From an uncultured Acidobacteriota bacterium (GTDB lineage: Bacteria; Acidobacteriota; Thermoanaerobaculia; UBA5066; Gp7-AA6): DNA of 64,000 nt. A model generated the notes under the pieces. It had not been told where the DNA came from and ran no database searches. It was given only the letters and a program-made list of their open reading frames with translations. Of the stretch, positions 12,541 through 21,907 are shown piece after piece; within the stretch, counting starts at the first letter, position 1, and every line of letters begins with the position of its first letter. The stretch spans positions 608,001-672,000 of the forward strand of contig CAVXTP010000022.1 of NCBI GenBank assembly GCA_963764715.1, in the 5' to 3' direction. A program made the position numbers and the translations under genes.

Positions 12541-13992
12541 CGCCTCTCATCCCGTTCAGCCCGGCGGACCTCGCGTCGATCCTGCCCGAGATCGTCCTCG
12601 CGGGAACGGGCTGCGTCATCCTGCTCCTCGAGGCCTTCGCGCCGGCCCTTCGCCGCTGGTTCGCCACGCTCGCGCTCGCCGGAATCGCCGGCTCGCTCTA
12701 CGCCCTCGCCGTCGCGCCCATGGGAACGACCTTCGGCGGCCGCTTCGAGACGTCCCCGCTGACGCTCCTCGTCGGCCTCTTCGCCGGGGCCTGCGTCGGC
12801 CTCGCGGTCCTCGTCGCGAAGCCCTACCTCGAGCGCGCCGGCGACGAAAAGGGGCGAGTTCTACGCGCTCCTCCTCTGGGGGCATCTCGGCGTCTCGCTG
12901 ATGACGCGGGGGCTCGACCTCCTGCTCATCTTCATCGGCCTCGAGATGCTGTCGCTGTCCTTCTACGTGCTCGCGGCGTACTTCCGCGGCGTCGAGGCTT
13001 CCTCCGAGGCCGGCCTCAAGTACTTCCTGACGGGGGCCTTCGGCTCGGCGTTCACGCTCTACGGGGTCGTGCTCCTCTACGGTGCGAGCGGCGGCACGAA
13101 GATCGAGGGACTGGCCAGGGCCGGTCTGGCGTCCAGCCCCTCCGTGGCGTTCGGCCTGCTGCTGCTCCTGGTCGGGTTCGGGTTCAAGATGTCGCTCGCG
13201 CCCTTCCACGCCTGGGCGCCCGACGTCTACCAGGGCATGCCGACGCCGGCCGTTCTCTACCTCTCGATCGCCCCCAAGGCCGCGAGCGTCTTCGTTCTCT
13301 ACCGCGTCTTCGGCGCCGTCTTCGAGTCGGGGATGCCCGACCGCTTCCGCACCGCGATCGCGGCCCTCGCCATTCTCTCGATGACCCTCGGCAACGTGGT
13401 CGCGCTCGCCCAGCGGGACATCAAGCGACTGCTCGCGTACTCCGGCATCGCGCACATGGGCTACGTCACGATCGCGCTCGTCGTCTTCGGGCGGGATGCG
13501 CTGGCGGCCGTCATCGTCTACTTCTTCGCCTACCTCGTCTCCAACGCCGGAGCCTTCGCGGCCGTTTCGGCGCTCTACCGCGACGAGACCAAGGCCCATC
13601 CCATCGCGATGCTCGCGGGCGACGGACGGCGGGCCCCCTTCGCGGCGGCGATCATGGCCCTGTGCTTCTTCTCGCTCGCCGGGATCCCGGCCACGGCCGG
13701 CTTCATCGGAAAGTTTTTCGTGTTCAAGGCCGCCCTCGAGAAAGGCCTCTACGCCCTGGCCCTGATCGGCGTCGCCAACAGCCTCGTGTCCGTCGGGTAC
13801 TACCTCAAGGTCGTCTACATCCTCTACATGCGCGAGCCCGTCGAGGCCGAGCCGCCCCCGGCGCTCGCCGCCGCCGACCGCCTCGCGCTCGCGCTCTGCG
13901 CCGCGGGCATCCTCGCCCTCGGCGTCTTCCCCTCCGGCCTGTGGCAGCTCGCCCGGCAGGCGGCCGCGACGATCCCCCTGTCCGGTCCCTGA
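12537..13992 (+). CDS. nuoN: NADH-quinone oxidoreductase subunit N with an apparent 1-nt frameshift near 12850
   Basis: N-terminus MTPLIPFS...EKG is in one frame; [40 protein letters not shown] continue in another; one extra base in aaaagggg. Confidence 0.88.
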
Positions 13993-14042
13993 TCGACGTC
14001 GCTCATCCCCTCCCAACTGCGCCTGGCGCGAAGGAGAGACGA

Positions 14043-15357
<1,315 letters not shown>

Positions 15358-15363
15358 GCGGGC

Positions 15364-15960
15364 TCAGGTCTCGATGAGGATGGCCCGGACGGGCGAGGCG
15401 TCGAGGTCCCGGAACCGCAGCGGCAGGGCGACGAGCTCGTAGTCGCCGTCCGGCACGGCCGACAGGTCCAGGTCCTCGAGGAGCGCGACGCCCCGGGACA
15501 GGAGCGCGCGGTGAGCCGGGAGGTCCTCGGCGTCCTCGGGGTCGATCGATGCGCCGTCGGTTCCGACGAGCATGGCGCCGGCCTCCGCCAGCCGGATCGC
15601 CGCGAGAGGCGAAAGCGAAGCCTTCGCGAAGCTCCGAAACAGCACTCGGGACGGCCCGATGCTCCGCCGCGGGAGGGCATCCGGCCCGACCTCGCCGACC
15701 CCCGGCAGCGCCAGGACGCGGGCCGGTCCCACGTAGGCCGCGAGAGGCGCCTCGGCGATGGCCACTCCGTCCTCGAAGAGATGGCTCGGTGCGTCGGCGT
15801 GCGTCCCGCAGTGCGCGCTCATCGTGAAGCAGGTCGAGCCCCAGGGCGCGCCCACGCCGGCACCCGCGCGCGCCGTCTCCCGCCACGAGAAGGCGACGTC
15901 CCCCGGCCAGACCGCCGTCTCTTCCGAGATCGGCCGCGAGATATCGTAGATCTTCCTCAC
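15364..15960 (-). CDS. Cyclase family protein (kynurenine formamidase-like)
   Basis: [35 protein letters not shown]. Confidence 0.8.
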   Translation of the reverse strand: MRKIYDISRPISEETAVWPGDVAFSWRETARAGAGVGAPWGSTCFTMSAHCGTHADAPSHLFEDGVAIAEAPLAAYVGPARVLALPGVGEVGPDALPRRSIGPSRVLFRSFAKASLSPLAAIRLAEAGAMLVGTDGASIDPEDAEDLPAHRALLSRGVALLEDLDLSAVPDGDYELVALPLRFRDLDASPVRAILIET

Positions 15961-16415
15961 CGCATTCGCCGCACCGTCTTTCGCTCGGCGTATCGCTCGG
16001 CGATGTGCGGATCGTAGCCTTTGTGGCTCGGGTTGACGGGCACGTCGCGGTACTCCGCGTCGCACCGGTAGCAGATCGTCACCGGGCGGATGCGGGTGGC
16101 CACGATCCAGTCCACGACGACGCTCACCAGGAGCACGGGCGTGAACCAGATCCAGCCGACTTTCCAGCCGACGACGAGCGCGGCGGCGAGCGACGTGGCC
16201 ATGATCAGGCACCCGAGCCGCTGGTCGAAGTCCTTCTGGAGGAAGAGCGCGCGGTTGTCGCAGAACCCGCATTGCTCGATCCCCGCGGCGCCCGTCGCGC
16301 CGGGGAGGTTCACCTGATATGTCCGGCCGCACTTCGCACATGCGAAGGAGCCGGCGTCGCTCTCGGCATGCTCCCGCGCCGTCAGGCAATCGGGGCAGTA
16401 ATACCTCGCCCGCAT
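15957..16415 (-). CDS. Hypothetical membrane protein with multiple CxxC zinc-ribbon motifs
   Basis: CPDC, CAKC, CGFC, CYRC around two hydrophobic helices; GC-skewed codon use. Confidence 0.7.
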   Translation of the reverse strand: MRARYYCPDCLTAREHAESDAGSFACAKCGRTYQVNLPGATGAAGIEQCGFCDNRALFLQKDFDQRLGCLIMATSLAAALVVGWKVGWIWFTPVLLVSVVVDWIVATRIRPVTICYRCDAEYRDVPVNPSHKGYDPHIAERYAERKTVRRMR

Positions 16416-16431
16416 CGAGACGCCGCCGGCC

Positions 16432-17190
16432 CTAGGCCGGGAACCCCGTCGCGACCGTCAGGTACGAGGACAGGAGCTCGCCGATCAGGACGAACACGAG
16501 GGCGACGTAGAGGAGACCGGTCGCCGCCTGGTTCGACTTCAGCTCGGCCGTCCGCCAGATGAAGTAGGAGAGCGCCAGCGGACCGGCGATGCCCCAGAGC
16601 ACGCGGAAGAGGAAGAAGAGCGCGTCCCGCTCGAGGGAGACCAGCGTCTGCACGCCCTCCGAGTGCCGCTGGACGGTCACGGCGACCGCGAGGTACGCGG
16701 TCCGAAAGATCGCGAGCCCGGCGAAGAGCGCGGCGCCGCGCGCCAGCAGCTCGAAGGGCAGCGAGCGGGAAACGAGGTACCAGTGGCCGAGGTTCATCAC
16801 CACGAGCACGGAGCCGAAAAACAGTCCGCCCGCCACCGCGCCAACGACCGTCCACGCGTCGCCCGAGTCCCGCGGCGCGACCAGAGCGACCCGCGCCAGG
16901 GCCCAGCCCGCGCAGCCCGCTCCGGCGAGCAGAAGGATCCTCGCCCGGCCGGCCTCTCCCCCGTTCGCCAGAATCGTATAGGCCGCCAGGAACCCCGTCG
17001 CCGCGGCCGTCAGCGCGAACGGCAGCCCCGCCGGGCGGACGGCGAGAGCCAGACCGCAGAAGATCGTGGCCAGCGCGCCGTGAAGGGAGAAGAAGCCGCG
17101 GCCCAGGACTTTTGGAGGGAAGAACAACAGCAGGAAGGCCGTGCCCGTGCAGGCCTCCAGCAGGAAGAGCCCCAGACCCGATAGCGCCAT
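16432..17190 (-). CDS. Hypothetical polytopic membrane protein
   Basis: About 8 hydrophobic segments, LGHWYL and ATGLLY motifs; TAGAAT 9 nt upstream of the ATG. Confidence 0.75.
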   Translation of the reverse strand: MALSGLGLFLLEACTGTAFLLLFFPPKVLGRGFFSLHGALATIFCGLALAVRPAGLPFALTAAATGFLAAYTILANGGEAGRARILLLAGAGCAGWALARVALVAPRDSGDAWTVVGAVAGGLFFGSVLVVMNLGHWYLVSRSLPFELLARGAALFAGLAIFRTAYLAVAVTVQRHSEGVQTLVSLERDALFFLFRVLWGIAGPLALSYFIWRTAELKSNQAATGLLYVALVFVLIGELLSSYLTVATGFPA

Positions 17191-17234
17191 GAGGCGCCGA
17201 TTCTATCCGGTGAAGGCCCGCTGCCCTCCCATTC

Positions 17235-17867
17235 TCACCGTGCCTCCGACACGGCGCGAATCGCTCGAGTGATCTGCGGAACGAAGTCGACCAGCCCGTG
17301 ATCGCCCTCCGGAATCGGGACGAACCTGGACCCCGGAGCGAGTCGGCCGCTCTCCTCCCAGCGCTTCCAGGTCGTCTTCACACCTTCGAACGGCACGCTC
17401 TCGTCCCGCTCCCCCATGAGCACCGTGACGCGCTGAGGAGGAGGATCCCGGTCGACGTCGAGCGCCGCCATCTCCTCGAAGAAGCGCCGATGGATCTCGA
17501 GCTCCTGCCCCTGCCCGTGGTGGAAGAACCGCACCGGATCGCCGGGAGCGAGCTTGTCGATCCACCGCGAGCCGAATGCCAGCGCCGGTGCGATGAGGAC
17601 GAGCGGGGCACTCATCCCCCTCTTCGCCGCCGCGAGCGCCGCGAGGGCCCCGAGCGAGCTGCCAACGACGACGGAGGGCGATTCGGACGAAGCCGCGCGC
17701 ACGGCCTCCTCCACGATCGCGTCGAAGCTCAGATATCGGAACGAGGGCCGGTTCAGGTCCGGCGCGACGACCCGATCGCCGAGCGGCTCGAGCGCCTCGC
17801 GAAGGAGCGCGATCTTGCGCCCGTTCGGCGAGGAGGCGAAGCCGTGCAGGTACAGGATCGTTCCCAC
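17235..17867 (-). CDS. YqiA/YcfP-family alpha/beta hydrolase (esterase)
   Basis: LYLHGFASSP, GSSLG, DESVP, GDH catalytic triad. Confidence 0.88.
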   Translation of the reverse strand: MGTILYLHGFASSPNGRKIALLREALEPLGDRVVAPDLNRPSFRYLSFDAIVEEAVRAASSESPSVVVGSSLGALAALAAAKRGMSAPLVLIAPALAFGSRWIDKLAPGDPVRFFHHGQGQELEIHRRFFEEMAALDVDRDPPPQRVTVLMGERDESVPFEGVKTTWKRWEESGRLAPGSRFVPIPEGDHGLVDFVPQITRAIRAVSEAR

Positions 17868-18003
17868 GCGGGAACAATATCGTCGAGGGCCGATCAGAAC
17901 CCGAAGGGCACCATCCGGTCTCGCGGTGGGATCGGGGGCGGAGGAGGAGGACCAGGCGGGCGGCGCGACCGTCGGAACAGTGCGAGGAGGCGACGCCAGA
18001 GAG

Positions 18004-19524
18004 TCAGAGGCGGCCCTCGGCCTGCATGTTTCTCAACTCTGCACGCAGCTGACGTACGGCATCCGCCCCAGGCTGTTGCCGTCGTACTGCTTCTCGAAGA
18101 ATACCGATTGCCGCAGCTGCCTCTTGAGTCAAGTCTTGCTTCTCGATTATCGGCAGAGCCGTGAGAATTTCGACTACAGCTCGTGACGGGAGGTTAACCA
18201 TCAGCAAAACTTCAGCAAGCACTATCCGGGTGTAGGCAGCCAAGAATCGCATTTCGAGCGCTTCGTAAGACCGAACACTTGCGGAGTACGCCTCTATGGA
18301 TGCAGGAATCTGACCGTTGTCCCGCAAGATTTCACCGAGCGTCCCCTGAACGTTGGCCACAACCCACCTGCAGCCGGATCTGTCAGCAAGATCGATGGCT
18401 TCGTTCCATGCGGCCATGGTTTGCGCTAGAGCGCCTCGGCTGTTCAGCATTTCTGCTCGGTCGCACAATGCCAGAGCTGCGGTCAGGAAGTCACCGTTCT
18501 TCAGACAGTCGGCGTGGACTCGCTGAAGCACGCGAAGCCCTTCCTCATGCTCACCACACTCCTTTAGTGTGCGACCATGAAGAAGACTCGCTCTCACCGC
18601 TTTGTCGTGCATACCGAGAGTACAGAGCTCATTTATCAGAGCAGGGATCCTCAACTTGACCTCCGCGTACGCCCGATCTTGGTAGAGATTGATAAGTTGT
18701 ACTTGCTCGATCGAAGCACGGAAAGGGCCGGATCCACTGCAGAGCTGCGCGTGGTTCGTGGCCAGAGCAAGCAACTCCTGCCGGCTCCTGTCGCGACCCA
18801 GTTGGCTCTCTGCAACAGCCGCAGAAATGGCCGTTCCGGAGGCCAAGAAGTGCATCAACTCTTCGCGTAGACCACTCGCGACGCCATCTTCGATCAACCA
18901 CCTGTAAAGAGCTTCAGCTTCACGTCTGACCACCGCCGGCTCGCGATTAGTCCGTTCGCCCGTTACGCTTGCGTAAACGGTGAGAAGGACCGGCTCGTCG
19001 CTGAGGAATCGTCTGTCTACTGCGGCCGTTCTTACCTGGGTGCCAAGATTCAAGTAGTCACGGGTGTGCTCTTGCTGCAAAACGTGGCTAACGCAACGAG
19101 TCTGCCACTCTTTCGCGTCGCGGTACGCCCCCCTCCTTCGCCAGTGGTCCCAAGATAGGAAGGCGAGGCGGGCCAAGATCTGATGCTTCTCTCCGACCTC
19201 ATCGTCCCACGCTACGGCGGCTGCAACCTCATAGGTTCGGTTTAGCTCGGTTGCTCTTCCCGGGCAGCCGGAGTCCCGATCGCGATCGAGAAGCTCGGCG
19301 AGAGCGTGATAGATGTCCGGTGGGTGACAGGCCGCCTCCACCACGAGCTCCGCCATCGCGTAGGGATCGCCCTCGTTAAGGCCTCGAATGCGATCCTTGA
19401 GAGTCGCCGCTCTGCGCAACCAATCTTCAGGCGACGACGAGTCGGCTACATCCGAGGCCTGGGCTATGGTCACCCAACGTTGAATCCTGTTCAGTAAGTC
19501 CCGGCTAGGAATCGTCGACTTCAT
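18004..19524 (-). CDS. TPR-like helical repeat protein (module 2, 506 aa)
   Basis: Repeating LxxxG...EA helical pattern; C-terminal half clearly paralogous to 19996-21135. Confidence 0.8.
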   Translation of the reverse strand: MKSTIPSRDLLNRIQRWVTIAQASDVADSSSPEDWLRRAATLKDRIRGLNEGDPYAMAELVVEAACHPPDIYHALAELLDRDRDSGCPGRATELNRTYEVAAAVAWDDEVGEKHQILARLAFLSWDHWRRRGAYRDAKEWQTRCVSHVLQQEHTRDYLNLGTQVRTAAVDRRFLSDEPVLLTVYASVTGERTNREPAVVRREAEALYRWLIEDGVASGLREELMHFLASGTAISAAVAESQLGRDRSRQELLALATNHAQLCSGSGPFRASIEQVQLINLYQDRAYAEVKLRIPALINELCTLGMHDKAVRASLLHGRTLKECGEHEEGLRVLQRVHADCLKNGDFLTAALALCDRAEMLNSRGALAQTMAAWNEAIDLADRSGCRWVVANVQGTLGEILRDNGQIPASIEAYSASVRSYEALEMRFLAAYTRIVLAEVLLMVNLPSRAVVEILTALPIIEKQDLTQEAAAAIGILREAVRRQQPGADAVRQLRAELRNMQAEGRL

Positions 19525-19864
19525 CTTCTTTCTCTCTCGACTCAGCCTGCGTCCCCCACTTCCTACTTAGTGTCGCTCGCCGAACCGTCTTCCTGCGGTA
19601 GTTAAGTGAGAGGTGGTCAACAACTTGAATTAGCCAAGCCTTCGGGTTTCCGGTACCACGCAGTCTAGTCAGGGCTAGCACAAACGCATCTTGAACAATG
19701 TCTCTAGCGTCTTCGGGCGGAAGGCGATGTTTCCATATCGCTCGGCGAACCAGCGGCTGAAAAATCCCTCGGTAGAAACCGTCCAACTCCTGATCGGACA
19801 CCGGCTCGCGCGGGTTGGCTACTCCCTCTTCAGGGGACGCCTTTCGGCCGTGACGCACAGACAT
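19505..19864 (-). CDS. Sigma70/ECF region-2-only protein (module 2)
   Basis: DARDIVQDAFV...NPKAWLIQVVDHLSLNYRRK matches ECF region 2; stops about 25 aa later with no region 4; SD GAGGGG before ATG 19864. Confidence 0.8.
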   Translation of the reverse strand: MSVRHGRKASPEEGVANPREPVSDQELDGFYRGIFQPLVRRAIWKHRLPPEDARDIVQDAFVLALTRLRGTGNPKAWLIQVVDHLSLNYRRKTVRRATLSRKWGTQAESREKEDEVDDS

Positions 19865-19995
19865 CCGAGCCCCCTCTTTGCACACTCCAGGAGCCTCTAA
19901 CTACATATTGTCACCAGAGGTTCGAGGTAGCGACAAAACCAGTGCGGACCCGGGACGGGGGCCTGGCGGCCAGGCCTATCTTGCTGAAATTATAG

Positions 19996-21135
19996 CTACT
20001 TGATATTCCTGAGGGCGATACGCAGGTTGGTGAGCGCCGTGAGATCGGTTTCCCGCGACCTTACAGATTCCCGTAGGAGACCGATAGCCACAGCTGCTTC
20101 TGGAGCCATTTCCTGCTCTTCGATTGTTGGGAGAGCTTTCAGGATCTGCCACTCGGCCTCTCTCGGCCGGCCAGCTTGCAACAGGGCCTGAGCCATCACC
20201 ACGCGGAGATAAGCAACCCAAGTGGCCATCCCCAGGTCCTCGTACGACGAAGCAGCAGATGCGTATGCCTCAACCGCCGCCGCGATCTTCCCTTGTCTCT
20301 GAAGGATTTCGCCGATCGTTGCCTTCAGATGAGCCAGGGCCGCAGGCTTGTTGGCCTTCCGAAGGAGCGGAAGGGCCTTGGAGCAATACTCGTTCGCCAG
20401 ATCGTCTCGCCCTTCAGCAGCTTCCAGCTCCGCAGCGCTAACCAGGGCAAACCCTACTAGTCCGGGTTCCGATTCGAGCACCTCGACCCTAGCCAAGGAC
20501 ACGAAGACGGCGAGCGCCGCGTCGGAGCGACCGAGTTCTTTCAAGGAAACACCGTGAAGAAAGACACACTTCGCCTCGTCGCGAACCATGCCCAGACGGG
20601 AAAAAGTTGCGGCCAACATTGGTGCGAGTTCGGCCACTTCCTCGTAACGTCCCGACTCACAGCGCGAGGACAGCCTTTGATAGGTAACCCTGGAGAGGAG
20701 CGGAGCGGGATTAACCGTCTGGCGGAAACCGGCCTCTGCCCGATCCAACCAAAGCTCGGACTCCCCTCGTCTGCCGATTATTCTGCTTGCTGTTCCGGCC
20801 AGCAGTGCCAGCTCGCCCAAGAAAAAATCTCTCTCGTCGAATCCGCCGATCCGTTCCGTCGAATTAGCAATCGCTCGATAGAGTTCCTGCGCTTCAGCAC
20901 TCACCACCGCCGCGCAAGCATCAATTTTCTCTCGCAGTAGTCCGCAAACTGCGAGCAGCACGTCCGGCGCGCGAAGCAGATTGCGACGGCCCTCGGCCGA
21001 GATGCCAGACTCCAGAGCCAGCAAGTATTCATTGGCCCGCTCACACGCTTCTGCCCGGCTCATCCCAAGCGGGGATTGCGGCCGCGGGAAGTTGAGAATT
21101 CTCGCCGTCTCAGGCATCTGAACGTCGGAAGTCAT
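19996..21135 (-). CDS. TPR-like helical repeat protein (module 1, 379 aa)
   Basis: Helical repeats e.g. LHGVSLKELGRSDAALAVF, TIGEILQRQGKIAAAVEAY; alternative start at 21117. Confidence 0.82.
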   Translation of the reverse strand: MTSDVQMPETARILNFPRPQSPLGMSRAEACERANEYLLALESGISAEGRRNLLRAPDVLLAVCGLLREKIDACAAVVSAEAQELYRAIANSTERIGGFDERDFFLGELALLAGTASRIIGRRGESELWLDRAEAGFRQTVNPAPLLSRVTYQRLSSRCESGRYEEVAELAPMLAATFSRLGMVRDEAKCVFLHGVSLKELGRSDAALAVFVSLARVEVLESEPGLVGFALVSAAELEAAEGRDDLANEYCSKALPLLRKANKPAALAHLKATIGEILQRQGKIAAAVEAYASAASSYEDLGMATWVAYLRVVMAQALLQAGRPREAEWQILKALPTIEEQEMAPEAAVAIGLLRESVRSRETDLTALTNLRIALRNIK

Positions 21136-21508
21136 AAAGCTTCAGACTGCGAGAAAAGTCGTGCGCCACGTCTGCAGGCTCTCCGCTAGGAGGATCTGCG
21201 AGCTTCTGGTCGGAGTCACGTACGCCAGTGCCAACGATGTACTTTTGATATTCGCGCGCAAATTGACAGCACGCCACGAGCAGGAAGGGCCGGTTTTCTC
21301 GGGGAGAGGCACCAGGCCGATAGCAGAAGCGACGGAACCAAACGAAGAGGTCCTTCTCAAGTTCAGTTGCTTCTTGTTCAACCAGGCGATAGTGGGAGAC
21401 CAGCGCGATATGAATGAGTCCGAGCGTTTCTTGGAAGACCGCTTGCACGTCTCGCTCGAACAGATTCTCGGCTGACTCCGCGCCACTGACTTCGTCCGAT
21501 ATTTCCAT
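21110..21508 (-). CDS. Degenerate sigma70 region-2-like small protein (module 1)
   Basis: HYRLVEQEATELEKDLFV...RPFLLVACCQFAREYQK aligns by eye to KHRLPPEDARDIVQDAFV...KAWLIQVVDHLSLNYRRK; SD AGGAG upstream. Confidence 0.65.
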   Translation of the reverse strand: MEISDEVSGAESAENLFERDVQAVFQETLGLIHIALVSHYRLVEQEATELEKDLFVWFRRFCYRPGASPRENRPFLLVACCQFAREYQKYIVGTGVRDSDQKLADPPSGEPADVAHDFSRSLKLYDFRRSDA

Positions 21509-21536
21509 TTTGCCCGCTCCTGCTTGTGTCTTGGCA

Positions 21537-21564
21537 ATCTTAGTCCGCCATGAAAATAAAGCAA
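21537..21564 (-). promoter_or_regulatory. Putative sigma70 promoter for the island operon
   Basis: Minus strand TTGCTT-N16-TAAGAT, about 28 nt before ATG 21508; adjacent upstream hairpin ctgccc-aaac-gggcag. Confidence 0.4.
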
Positions 21565-21907
21565 GAGCTATCTGCCCAAACGGGCAGTAGCTAACAAGTC
21601 ACGTAGATTCAGCTGGTTAGGCCTGTGTTAGCAGGGAATGTGACCAGTGAACGAGTTCAAGCAAGCCACCTTTCGCCAAATGACCAGGGCAAATCGCCCG
21701 GGTCGAAAACCTGCACCTGAGGTCAGCGCCCACCGCACGAAAGCTCGCCAAAGCGAAGCTCCGCCGGTACGCCAGCTCCAACATCAGGATTCCCACCTAC
21801 TTGAGCGGACCGCCGCGCGGTCCGGTAAACGAATCAATGTGTATTTGATCACACCCGCGGCGAGGGGTGTCAAGGGATTTTGTCGCCCCGGGAGGGCGGC
21901 CGGCCGG

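Larger units (their letters stand above)
18004..21873. other. Lower-GC accessory island (two sigma2-like + TPR modules)
   Basis: A hand-counted island line (18241) is 31/60 GC versus 45/60 in a flanking line (17641); many A/T-ending codons; no integrase or transposase seen. Confidence 0.75.

Noticed and set aside
21142-21564. Alternative 140-aa minus ORF and several plus-strand ORFs in the island
   Set aside because: They overlap better-supported ORFs and lack an SD or recognisable features.
18004-21873. Island as prophage, IS or TPR-CHAT protease system
   Set aside because: No phage, transposase, integrase or caspase-like His/Cys domain is visible.
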